Assembly (NCBI RefSeq): GCF_009914755.1
Contig: NC_060937.1
Origin: the human T2T-CHM13v2.0 reference genome, Homo sapiens
Reading direction: 5' to 3' (one strand)
DNA: 64,000 bases
This document shows, piece after piece, positions 51,299 through 64,000 of the stretch. The notes beneath the pieces are model-generated. The model saw only the letters and a program-made list of their open reading frames with translations, was not told the origin of the DNA and ran no database searches. Position 1 is the first letter of the stretch. Every line of letters begins with the position of its first letter. A program made the translations under genes and the position numbers.

Positions 51299-54200
51299 CT
51301 ATTAGTCTAGCTAGCAGTCTATTTTATTAATTTTTTCAAATAACCAGCTCCTGGATTTATTGGTTTTTTTGAAGGGTTTTTTGTGTGTGTGTCTGTATCT
51401 CCTTCAGTTCCACTCTGATCTTGGTTATTTCTTGTCTTCTCCTAGCTTTGCGGTTCTCTAGTTCTTTTAGTTGTGATGTTAGGAGTTTAATTTGAGATGT
51501 TTCAGCTTTTCGATATGGGCATTCAGTGCTATAAATTTTCCTCTTAACACTGCTTTAGCTATATCTCAGAGATTCTGGCATGTTGTCTGTTTGTTCTCAT
51601 TAGTTTTGAAGAACTTCTTGATTTCTGCCTTAATTTCATTATTTACCCAGGAGTCATTCAGAGGAAGGTAGTTTATTTTCCATGTAGTTTTGTGGTTTTG
51701 AGTGAGTTTCTTAATCTTGAGTTCTATTTTGATTGTGCTGTGGTCTGAGAAACTGTTATGATTTCACTTCTTTTCCATTTTCTGAGGAGTGTTTTACTTC
51801 TGATTGTGTGATCAATTTTAGAGCAAATGTGGCAATGATAAGGATACATATTCTGTTGTTTTTGGGTGGAGAGTTTTGTAGATATTTATCAGGTCCACTT
51901 GATCTAGAGTTGAGTTCAGGTCCTGAATATCTTTGTTAATTTTCTGTCTCGATGATCTAATATTTTCAGTTGGGTGTTAAAGTTTCCCACTATTATTGCA
52001 TGGGAGTCTAAGTCTCCTTGTAGGTCTCTAAGAACTTGGTTTATGAATCTGGGTGCTCCTGTATTAGGTGCAAGCACATTTTGGGTAGTTAGTTCTTCTT
52101 GTTGAATTGAATCCTTTACCGTTATGTAATCCCCTTCTTGGTCTTTTTTATTTTTATTTTTTTAATCTTTGCTTAAAGCCTGCTTTGTCAGAAACTAGTA
52201 TTGTGACCCCTGCTTTTTTTTGCTTTCCATTTACTAGGTAAATTTCCTCCATTCCTTTATTTTGAGCCTATGTGTGTCTTTGCATATGAGATGGGTCTCT
52301 TGAAGACAGGATACCAATGGGGCTCGACTCTATCCAGCTTGCCATTCTTTGTCCTTTAAATGGGGCATTTAGTCCATTTGCATTTAAGGTTAATATTGTT
52401 ATGTGTGAATTGAGGATCTCATTCTTTTTTAATGGCAGAACAGTACTTCATTTTGTATGTGTACCATATTTTCTTTATTTATTCATCTGTTGATGGACAC
52501 TTAGGTTACTTCCAATCTTGGCTATTTTGAGCAGTGCTGCAAGAAACATAGGAGTGCAGATAGCTCTTCAATATACTGCTTTCCTTTGTTTTGAATATAT
52601 ACTAAGCAGTGGAATTGGTGGATTGTATGGTAGCTCTATTTTTAGTTTCTTTGAGGAAACTCCAAACTCTTCTCCATAGAGGTTGTACTAATTTACATTT
52701 CAACCAACAATGTATGAGGGTTCTCTTTGCTCCATATCCTCACTAGGATTTCTTATTGCCTGTCTTTTGGATAAAAGTCATTTTACCTGGGGTGAGGTAA
52801 TATCTCATTGTAATTTTGATTTGCATTTCTCTGATGATCAGTGATGCTGAGCACCTTTTCACAAGCCTGTTTGTTGTTTGTAAGTCTTCTTTTGAAAAAT
52901 GTTGATTCAGGTCTTTTGCCCATTTTAAAATCAGATTATTAGATTTTTTCCTATACAGTTGTTTGAGCTCCTTATATATTCTGGTTATTAATCCCTTTTC
53001 AGATGGGTGGTTTACACATATTTTTCTCCGATTTTGTGGGTTCTCTCTTCATTTTGTTGTGTTTTGTTTGCTGTACAGAAGCTTTTTAACTTGATATGAT
53101 CTCATTTGTCCATTTTGCTTTGGATGCCTGTCCTTGTGGGTTATTACTCAAGAAATTTTGCCCAGGCCAATGTCCTGGAGCATTTCCCATATGTTTTCTT
53201 GTAGTAGTTTTATAGTTTGAGGTCTTAGATTTCTAAGTCTTTAATCTATTTTTATGTGATTTTTGTATATGACAGAAGATAGGGGTTTAGTTTCATTCTC
53301 CTGTGTATGGATATCCAGTTTTCCCAGCACCATTTATTGAAAAAAAACTTTTTTCCCCCATTGTATGTTTCTGACACCTTTGTGAAAATGAGTTCGCTGT
53401 AGGTGTTTGGGTTGTTTCTGGGTTCTCTATTCTATTCCATTGGTCTATGTGTCTGTTTTTATGCCAGTAACATACTGTTTTTGTTATGATAGCTTGGTAG
53501 TATAATTTTAAGTCGGGCAAAGTAACTCCTTCAGATTCATTCTTTTTGCTCAGGATAGCTTTGGCTATTCTGGGTCTTTTGTGATTCCACAGACATATTA
53601 GCGTTGTTTTTTCTGTTTCTGTGAAAAATGTCGTTGGTATTTTGATAGGGGTTGCATTGAATCTGTAGATTGCTTTGGGTAGTATGGGCATTTTAACAAC
53701 ATTGATTCTTCTAATCCATGAACATGGAATATCTTTCCATTTTTTATGTCCTTTTTAATTTCTTTCATCAGTGTTTTATAGTTTTTATTGTAGAGATCAT
53801 TTACTTCTTTGGATAATTTTTAGATGTTTTATTTTTGGCTATTGTAAATCAGATTGATTTTAAAATTTCTTTTTCAGATTGTTCAAATACTGGCTTTTGT
53901 ATGTTCATTTTCTATTCTGCAACTTTACTTAATTTGTTTATCTGTTTTAATCGGATTTTTGTGGCGTCTTTAGGTTTTTTTCAAATATAAATATGTCATC
54001 TACAAACAAAAATAATTTGACTTCTTTCTATCCAATTTTCATGCTCTTTATTTCTTTTTCATGTCTGATTGCTCTAGCTGGGACTTCCAGTACTATCCTG
54101 AGTGACAATGGTGAAAGTGGGTATCCTTGTTGCATTCCAGATCTTAGAGAAAGGCTTTCAGTTTTTACCCTTTCAGTATGATACTAGCTGTGGGTGTATG

Positions 54201-57200
54201 ACATACAGCCTTTATTATATTGAGGTATGCTCTTTTTATCCTCAGTCTTTTGAGGGTTTTTATCATGAAGGGATGTTGAATTTTATCAAATACATATTCA
54301 GTATCAATTAAAATGATTATATGATTTTTGTCCTTCATTCTGTTGAAATGATGTATCACATTGATTCACTTAGGTCGAACCATCCTTGTATCTCAGGAAT
54401 TAATCCGACCTGGTCATGATGATGATCTTTTTAATGTATTGTTGAATTTGGTTTGCTAGTATTTTGTTGAGTATTTTTACATCAATTTTCATCAGAGATA
54501 TTGGCCTGTGGTTTTCTTTTTTTGTTGTATCCTTATTTGGTTTTGGTATCAGGGTAATACTGTCCTTGTAGAATGAATTTGGAAGTGTCCTCTTATCCTC
54601 TCTTGTTTGGAATAGTTTGAGTAGGATTGGCATTAGTTCTTCTTTAAATGTTTGATAGAAGTCAGCAGTGAAGCCACTGGGTCCTGAACTTTTCTTTACT
54701 GGGGGACTTTATTGCAGTTTCTGTCTCATTATTTGTTATTGGTCTGTTTGGGATTTGGATTTCTTCATGGTTAAATCTTGGTAGGTTGTGTATGTCTAGG
54801 AATTTATCTCATAGTAGCCACTAATGATTCTTTGAATTTCTATGATATCAGTTGTAATGTCTTTTTTTTTTCATTTCTGATTTTATTTGTTCGGGTAGTC
54901 TCTCTGTTTTTCTTCATTAGTCTCGCTAAAAATTTGTCAATTTTATTTATTCTTTCAAAAAACCAAGATTTTATTTCGTTGTTCTTTTGTATTGTGTTCT
55001 CCATTTCAAATTCATTTATTTCGCTTTAATCTTTGTTATTTAGTCTACTAATTTTGGGTTTGGCTTGCTCTTGCTTTTCTAGTTCTTTAAGCCATATTGT
55101 TAGGTTGTTTGTTTGATGTTTTTCTTCTTTTTTGAGGTAGTTACTTAAAGCTGTAAACTTCCCTTTTAGTATTGCTTTTGCTGTATCCCATAGGTTTTGG
55201 TATGTTGTGTTTCTATTACCATTTGTGTCAAGAAAATTTTCAGTTTCCTTCTTAATTTCTTCACTGGTAATTCAGGAGCATGTTGTATAATTTGCATGTA
55301 TTTTTTATAGTCTCCAAAAGTCTTCTGTTATTGATATTAAGTTTTATTTATTTTCGAACGCTGTAAGACTTGTTTTGTGACATAACATATGGTCTATTTT
55401 TGAGAATGAGCCATATGTTTAGGAAAAGAATATGTATTCTGAAGCCTTTGGATTAAATGTTTTGTACATATCTGTTAGGTTGATTTGATCTACAGTGCAG
55501 ATTAAGTCAGATGTTTCTTTGTTGATTTTCTGTTTGGAAGATCTGTCCAGTGCTGAAAATGGGGTATTGAAGTCTCCAACTATTATTGTATTGAGGTCTA
55601 TCTCAATCTTTAGCTCCAATAATATTAGCTTTATATATCTGGGTGCTCTATCACTGGGATATTTGTAAATGTTATATACTCTTGCTGAATTGACCACCTT
55701 ATCATTATATAATGACCTTTGTCTCTTCTTACAGTTTTTGTCTTGAAATCTATTTTATCTGATTTACTGGCTCTTGTTCTTTTTTGGTTTCTGTGGACAT
55801 GGGATATTTTTTTCCATCCTTTTATTTATTTTCACTCTGTGTGCATCTTCATAGGTGAAGTGTGGTTTTTTTGTGTGTGTGGGGAACAGATAATTGATTC
55901 TTATTTTTCTTGCATCCATTCAGCCACTCTGTCTTTTAATTGGAGGGTTTCATTTACTGACATTTAATGTTATTATTTATAAAGTAAGAGCTTACTCTTG
56001 CTATTTTGCTGTTTGGTTTTTGTTTTTTGCTTTGTGGTCTTCCTTCTTTCCTTCCTTCCTGTCTTTTAGTGAAGGTGATGTTCTCTGGTAGTATGATTTA
56101 ATTTCTTGCTTTTTAATTTGTGTGTATATGTTATTTTCTGATTTGAAGCTACCATAAGGCTTGCAAATAATATCTTATAGCCTATCATTTTAAACTGATG
56201 ACAGCTTAACACTGATTGCATAAACAAACAAGCAAAAAGAAAACTAATAAAAAACTTTATGTTTTAACTGAATCCCTCCCATTTTTAAACTTTTTGTTGT
56301 TTCTCTTTGTGTCTTATTCTGTGTTGTAAAGTTTTTGTAGTTATTATTTTTGATTGGTCCATTGTTTAGTCTTTCTACTTAAGGTAAGAGTAGTTTACAC
56401 AGCACACTTAGAGTGTTAAAATATTCTATGTTTTTCTGTGTGCTATTACCAGTGAATTTCATACCTTCAGATGATTCATTATTGCTCATTAATGTCTTTT
56501 TCTTTCAGATTGAATAACCCCCTTTAGCATTTCTTATAGGACAAGTGCAGTGTTGCTGAAATCACATAGCTTTTGTTTGTCTGGGAAGGTCTTTATTTCT
56601 TCTGCTTTTTTGGTGGATATTTTTTGCCAGATATACTATTGTAGGGTAAAAGTTTTTTTTCCCTTCAGCACTTTAAATATGTTATGCCACTCTCTCTCGC
56701 CCTGCAAGGTTTCCACTGAGAAGCCTGCTGGTAGACATATTGGAGCTCCATTTTATATTATTTATTTTTCCTGCTGCTTTTAGGATTTTTTTCTTTATTT
56801 TTTACCTTTGGGAATTTGATTATTAAATGCCTTGAGGTAGTCCTCTTTGGATTAAATCTGCTTGGTGTTCTATAACCTTCTTGCACTTGAATATTGATAT
56901 ATTTCTCTAGGTTTGGCAATTTCTCTTATATTATCCCTTTGAATAAACTTTCTACCCCTATCTCTGTCTCTACTTTCTCTTTAAGGCCAAAAAACTCTTA
57001 GATTTGCCTTTTTAAGGCTATTTTTGTAGATCTTGTAGGCATGCTTCACTGTTTTTTATTCTTTCATTTCCTCTGACTGTATTTTCGAATCGCTTGTCCT
57101 CAAGCTCACTAATTCTTTCTTCTACATCAATTCTGCCCTAAATAGACTCTGATGTACTCTTCAATATGTCAATTGCATTTTCAGCTCTAGAATTTCAGCT

Positions 57201-59253
57201 TTGTTCTTTTTAATAATTTCAATCTCTTGGTCAAATTTATCTGATAGAATTCTGAATTCCTTCTCTGTGTTATCTTGATTTCTTTGAGTTTCCTCAACAC
57301 AACTAATTTGAATTATCTGTCTGAAAGGTCACATATCTCTGTTTCTCCAGGATTGGTCCCTGATGCCTTATTCAGTTTGTTTGGTGAGGTCATGTTTTCT
57401 TGGATGGTCTTGATGCTTATAGATGTTCATCAGTAACATTGATGAGTTAGGCATTTATTGAGTTAACATGTCTGGGCATTGAAGAGTTAGGCATTTATTG
57501 TAGTCTCACAGTCTGGGCTTGTTTTTGCCAGTTTTCCTTGGGAAAGCTTTCTAGATATTCAAAAGGACTTGGGCCTCAAACCCAATAACACTGTGGTTCT
57601 TGCAGACACATAGAGGTGCTGCCTTGGTGGTCTTTGATAAAATCGGAAGAATTCTCTGGATTCCAGGCAGAGTCTTGTTCTTTTCCCTTACTTTCTCCCA
57701 AACAATCAGAGTCTCTGTGATGAGTCACCTGGAACTAGGGGTGAGGGGACACTGTGCCCCTTGGCTACCACCACTGGAATTGTGTTAATATGGACCTGAA
57801 GCTGGCACAACACTGGGTCTTTCCCAAGGCCCACTATAACCACTACCTGGCTACCACCTATGTTTACTCAAGGTCCTATAGCTCTGTGATCAGCAGTTGA
57901 TAAACCGAGCTGGGTTTGTGTCCCTTTCTTCAGGGTGGTGAGTTTCCTGATGCCCTGAGTGGGTCCAAAGATGCTGCCTGGGAGCTAGGGATTAGAGTCA
58001 AAAAGCCTAGATATTTAGTTCTGTTCTACTGCGGCTAAGCTAGTACTCAAACCACAAGACAAAGTCCTTCCCGCTCTTCCCTTCCCTTTCCATAGGCAGA
58101 GGAGCCTCTTCTTGTGGCCACCAGCAACACCACCACAAGGGAGTTTCTCTCAGGCCACCACCGGTGTTCTCTTAAGGCCCAAGGACTCTCCAGTCAGCTT
58201 GTGGTGAATGCTGCCAGGCTTGGGACTCACCCTTTAGGGCAGTGGGCTCCCCTCTGGCCCAAGGCAGGTCCAGAAATGCTGACCAAGGGCCTAGGCCTGC
58301 ACTCAGGGACCCCAGGGGCCTGCTTCATTCCCTACTCCACTGCAGCTGAGCTGGTACCTGAGGTACAAGACAGAGTCCCTTTTACATTTCCCCTTGTTTT
58401 TCTCAGGAGTCTTAAACCATAGCTCCCACAGCTGAGAATTTGCTTGGTTACACCTGAAGCCAGCACATCTCAGAGCCCAAGGCCCATGGCCTATCACCTG
58501 GGTATGGCTGCTGGGTATTTAGGGCCCAAGGGCTCTTTAATCAGCAGGTGATGAACCTGCCAGGGCTGGGTCCTTGCCTTCAAGGCAGTGGTTCCCTTTT
58601 GGCCTATTCTGTCTCTAGAAATGTCTGTTATGAGCTAGAGCCTCATGACTGCCTGGTGCCCTATCCTACTGTGGCTGAGCTGGTATCCAAGATGTAAGGC
58701 AAAGTCCTCTTTGCTCTTCACTTTCCTCTTTTCAAACAGAAGGAAGGGGTCTTTTCTGTTGCTGTGAGCTGCACTGCCTGGGGTTGAGGGAGGGGTGGTG
58801 CAAGCACTTCCTTAGCCACTCTGTCTAGTGTCTCTTAGGTCATGTGCCACCCTAGTCTACTGTCTCTAAGCCCAGCTCAGCATAGGCGTTACCTATGAAT
58901 TGCAGTCCTTGTGTCCTAGACTGCCTTTCAAGTTCACTTTGGACCTTAGAGCATTTTGGCCTGTGCTAGTGAGGCTTGTTGAGAAACTCAGGTTCCACCT
59001 GCTGGGATGGGTGGTTCCTCTCTGGCTAAGTCTGGTCCAAATGCTCCCTGTGTGTGTGGGTGCTAGCTGAGCCCAGCATGTCTTTGCTCTCCAATATAAC
59101 AGGACAGCACTGAGATCAAAGTAAAGTCTCATGATTACGGTGCTTTCCCTCTCCCAAGTGCACGGATTTCTCCACACCATGCAGCCACTGCCAGGGGATG
59201 GGGGAGAGGTGGCACAAGCACAACCTGGCTGGTTGGTGTCTCAGTAGGGCATG

Positions 59254-59633
59254 TGATGTGGTTTAGCTTTGTGTCCCCACCCATATCTCATGTCAAATTG
59301 TAATTTCCACGTGTTGGGTAGGGACCTGGTAGGAGGGGATTGGATCATGGGAGCAGATTTCCCCCTTGCTGTTTTCATGATAGTGAGTGAGTTCTCATGA
59401 GATCTGGTTGTTTAAAAGTGTGTAGCACTTCCCCTTTGCTCTCTCTCCTGCTGCCATGTGAAGATGTGCTTGCTTCCCCTTCACGCTTCCACCATGATTG
59501 TAAGTTTCCTGAGGCCTCCCTACCCATGCCTCCTATATAGCCTGTGGAACTGTGAGTCAATTAAGCCTTTTTTCTTTATAAGTTACCCAGTCTCAGGTAT
59601 TTCTTTACAGCAGTTTAAGAACAGACTAATACA
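59254..59633 (+). mobile_element. MSTA MaLR solo LTR
   Basis: tgatgtggtttagctttgtgtccccaccc ... ggaactgtgagtcaattaa ... cagactaataca. Confidence 0.9.
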
Positions 59634-62600
59634 TTGTGTGGCCCTGCCGAGGCCACTGGCTCTGAATCCAGCTCAGCACTAGGACTTGCCTAGGAATTGC
59701 AGTCCTTGTCACCTAGATTTCTCTTTAAGTTTACTTAGGGTCCCAGAGCCACTTTAGCCTGCACTGTCAAGGCTTGCTGGAACTCTGGCTCCATTTGCTG
59801 GGATGGCTGATTCCCATCTGGCTATGCCTGGTCCAAATGCTCCCTCTCTGGGTGGACATCTGCTGGGTGCGCTCCTGTTATGCTTTCTGCTGTGACAGAG
59901 AAGCATTGAGTTCAGTTTAATGTCCCCCAGTCATTGCGCTCTCCCTCTCCCAGGTGCATAGATTCTTCAAACCAGGCGGCCACTGTCAAGAGATGGGAGA
60001 GGGGTGGCATTGGCACTTCAAGACTGTCTTTCCTACCCCCCTTCAGTGCCTCTTTCAGTGATATGAAGTTAAAACCAGGTACTATGAGTGTTGATTTTTG
60101 GTTGTTGTGATAGTGCTTTTTGTGTGTAGTTAGTTAAAATATGGTGTTTCTGTTGGGGGAACAAATCGTGTAGACTTCTATTCGGCCATCTTGCTCTGTC
60201 CCACCAACATTTCTTAAAATACTCTTTTAGCCCACTTTCCTTTTCCTTTCCTTCTGAAACTCCAGCGATACAAATGTTGGACCTTTTTCTGTTGTCGCAC
60301 AGGTGCTCTGTTCCTTTTTTTCTGGTTTATCTTTTCTCTATTGTTAAAATTGGGTAAATTTTATTGATTTGTTCTAAAGTTTATGTATTCTCTCCTTTGT
60401 CATTTCTGCTTCCTTATCGATCCCCGAATTAAAACAAATTCTGCTGTTGTGTTTTTCCTTTTTATTTGTTTTATTAGAATTTTTAATTATTTGTTGAAAC
60501 ATTTTTATCATGACTGCTTTAAAATCCTTGTCAGAGAATGCTAACATCCGATTCATCTCAGTGTTGGTGTCAGTTGTCTTTTCTCATTCAAGATGTGATT
60601 TTTCTGTTTCTTGGTATGATGATTGAGTTCTGATTGTGTTCTGGACATTTTGGCTATTCCATTGGGAGCTTCTGAGTCCTGTTTAGATCTTCCATTTTAG
60701 AAGGCAGTCACCCTGTATAAGTTTAGTATGCAGGACCTGGCCTACACTTGTGGGTTGTGATTCCAAAGATAATTTAATCTTTAAGACTGTTTGGTGTATC
60801 TCATGCCATTGATGCTCCCTCTTGTCCCTGCTGGTGCTGGCCGATGGGGTGGAAGTAGCTTCCCACAGGCCAGGACGCCTTGCCCCTCTAGACGGGGAAG
60901 ACTGTCTGCTGACCATAGAAGAGTCAGTGAGGCTTTCTGTGTCCAGCTGCTTGTTGTGTTGAGATCTCTCTTAGTGGTGCTGTCCAGTGCTTCTTGATGG
61001 GATAGGGGAGTCTTTGGCACCTAGGAACATAGCAGCTTCCCAACCTAGTTCACTTGTGATGAGCTCACCTTGCCTGTGGGGTCCTAGAGCACCTTCCAGG
61101 CTGGTTACTTATTGTGGGAGGATCCTCTTGCCGGTGCTGCAGGTCTCCCTGGTGCCTGTAGGTCCTTAGGGTCAGACCCTGGATACTTTCTGTGGTAGAA
61201 TTCCCCTTGTTAGAGCTGCCCTTCTCCACCCTCCCCACCGTGATTCTCAGTGGAGGTTAATACTTTTTCCCAACTGGGAGCAGAGTGATTCCCCTAGTCA
61301 CTTATTGTCTGCAGGAATCCCCATCAGTCCCAGTGTGGCTCATATGTATTGTCAGTAGGATTCCAGTTTGATTCAGGGGAGGAATGAGTCACTTCTCTTG
61401 CTTGGTTGAGGATCAGAAAATGGCAGGCCTGGGTTGCTTTCTGCTTTTGGGAGGGGGGTCCTAAGCCACCGTGCTGCTTATACAGTCCTAGGTAGGTCCC
61501 TGACTATTCCACCATTCTCTTTACACCTTTCAGAATCCTGCTTTGGCTAACTTTTGCTTTATTTCCAGGGTTTATAGTTGTACTTAGCATGGAGGAGCAG
61601 GGAAAAGTGAGTCTGTGCCGTTTTATTCAGAATTGTGTATTTGTTGCTGAGCTTTCATTACCTTTCTGGATTTGTTTTCATTTCCCTTGTCTTGAAAAGC
61701 TTTGAGAATGATCCTGCAATCAAGCAGTATCCTCCCGCTCTTGAGTACAGATGTACAGTGCTCTGCTGTGTCTGGCCAAGGTCAAAGTCCCAATAGGCTG
61801 AATTAATGTTGCTGGTGTGGAGTCATGTCATTCCATTAATATAAAACAAAAGTTTAAATCTACGTGCATAGGGAATAAAGGCGGGGAGCTGCTGCTGCCC
61901 CTCTGTGTGGATGATGCACAGAGCTGGCACTGCCCTTTCCTCTCTGGCTGTGTGACTGTGGTCAGCGCTTGTCCCGGCTGATGGGGAGGGTTCTGGCCAT
62001 CTGGCCTCCCAGTTTCAATCCCTTGAAGCAGTGCCCAAGACCCTCAGTCAAGGAACTATCTTTGGATTGTCTAGAGGTTATTCCTGTATTTTAGGCACTG
62101 AAAAGGAATGGAAAAAGTGTGGAAATCACTTTAAGATTAGTGAGTATTAGTAGAGAAGCAGATGAGATCTCTACTAGATGGCGGTTTTTCCTTTGGAAAA
62201 GGGTACACACATCGCCTTCTGCTTGGAAAGATAAACCAGCATCAAATTCGTCTTGTCAGGCAAGATGTGTTCCATTAGTAAGACTGATTCCGTTGTACAC
62301 TAAATTGCAAAAGAAATAATTTAATTCCTGCTCCCTGTCTTAGATCCTTTCTCTAATGCTAAGAGGACAGTGAGATGCCCTGTTTGCCTTTAGGCCGTGG
62401 AATGGTTTGGGTTAAGCAAGGCAGTTTTGGATCATTTCACTTTTGCATTTTACCTAGAATTGGAATGTTGCTCTTAATTATCTGACACAAGAAGCTGTTG
62501 ATCATTTCTATCTTGCAGGAGTCAGTGGAATTTAAGTTTACTTAAAGAACTTGAAACATTGATTCTGGTTCTCCTCATGTAATGATTGAACAATTAACGA

Positions 62601-62889
62601 ATTCCTGGTTAAGTTCCTGTATTTTTCTGTTTTATGTAGGACTAATATTTTCATTGAGTACATGAAAATGAATTTGATGCTAGTAGATATGTGGACATGT
62701 AATCAATTTAAGTATTTTAAACTAATACTTGATTATCCTTTATGAAGAAATACTAATCATTAGCTACTTTTAAGCAGTTTAAACATTTACTAAATTTCTA
62801 GTACTATCTTTTGAAAATCTTAAGTGCCATTTGATTGACTTGGTGGGGCTCACATTTCTCTGTGGAGTGGTCACATTGGTGAGAGAAAC

Positions 62890-63130
62890 TCTACCTCATG
62901 GTTAAGGACCCGGGGCTGAGTTCACTACGTGTGTTTGTATCCTGGCTGTACCATTTACAAACTTTGGGCCGTGGGCAAGTTAACTCACCTCTGGTGTCTC
63001 AAATTCCTTATATACTCACTGGGGAAATACAGTACCACTGTACGAGGTATTGTGAGTACTCAATGGAACAATATATGCAGAGCATTTAGAACAATGCGTT
63101 GCTTATGGCAAACACATAATAGCTGTTAGC
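62890..63130 (+). mobile_element. MIR SINE
   Basis: atggttaagg..atcctggctgtacca..gggcaagttaactcacctct..agagcatttagaaca. Confidence 0.8.
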
Positions 63131-64000
63131 GTTTCTTGTGGTGGATGGTTGCTCTTATTATGAAACCAAAAGAAAGTAGATATGACTATGGGAATTAGAA
63201 TACACACTTAAAAATAAAACAACCTTGGCATTGGTATCTATCACCAGGGTCTTGAATACCCTGTCCTAGTAATAAAAATGCTGTACGCTTATATTTAGCT
63301 TGAGGCAACGTTACCCTGTTTGAATGAACAGTGCTTTGCTTCAGCCTCTTCTGATCACCCCCTCTTCCTTATTTAATCCCAAGGATGGGAATTTTCCTCA
63401 GCTTCTCATTATTATGTTCTTCATGGCAGTCAAATTGGAGGCAAGCTATTGAAGACACAAATCCCAAGCTAATCTGTTTCCAAAAGGTATGGACTTAAAA
63501 ATAGTCTGCATTTGTGTTGGGTAATTTTGTTGTACTTTGTTATTAAGAGAAGATGATGTTAATACCAGATGAGTAATAAAAAATCAATTAAAATCCTTTA
63601 GGGAAATTAAAGCGCTGACAAATTCATAATAGCTTTTCTGGTTGTTAAATGAGGTTGACATGGATTAACAATTGGTGGTGGACAGAAATTTGCTGAATTT
63701 ACTGAAGTATATACCCATTAAAATGACAGCTGTGTCTAAGAGCCTGCACCAGGGCATTTAGTTCCAGGACCTGAGTGTGAAGGAGAGAGCTAATCAAATA
63801 AGACAACTTGTACTTAATTTTAATTAAGTAAATTCCCCGTCACGTTTTAATCACATAAACTCAGTCATGGGTACTGCAGGAGAAAGAGGCCAGCCATTTT
63901 ATTGTCTAACTCTGATTTCTTTTTCAAACTTATTTATTAAAAATAAACGTACAGGCTTAATTTTGGTAGTTGATTGTGCATTCTGATTTCATCTCTTTAT

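Noticed and set aside
63960-64000. Pyrimidine-rich end that may precede a splice acceptor
   Set aside because: Any AG and exon would lie outside the window

Overview
Primate (probably hominoid) genomic DNA that is repeat-dense and probably intronic or intergenic. I could not support any host protein-coding exon, RNA gene or CRISPR array. The window holds Alu J/S/Y, L1 of many ages, L2, MIR, MaLR/ERV1 LTRs, hAT and Tigger-type DNA transposon fossils, microsatellites and one ~124-bp tandem triplication. The region ~36.4-61.6 kb is one old antisense L1M inflated to ~25 kb by nested insertions. The most unusual signal is a group of young L1PA3/4-like insertions (33.5-35.4, 40.6-45.2, 45.4-47.2 and an 84-bp copy at 50.16-50.24 kb). 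The three long copies all carry G->R in the conserved RT 'YLG' motif plus other shared variants. Three of the four are twin-primed (5'-inverted), including the 84-bp one. Three independent breakpoints fall in the same ~55-nt ORF2 segment. Subfamily names come from recalled consensus motifs and difference counts are by eye, so both need RepeatMasker/alignment confirmation.
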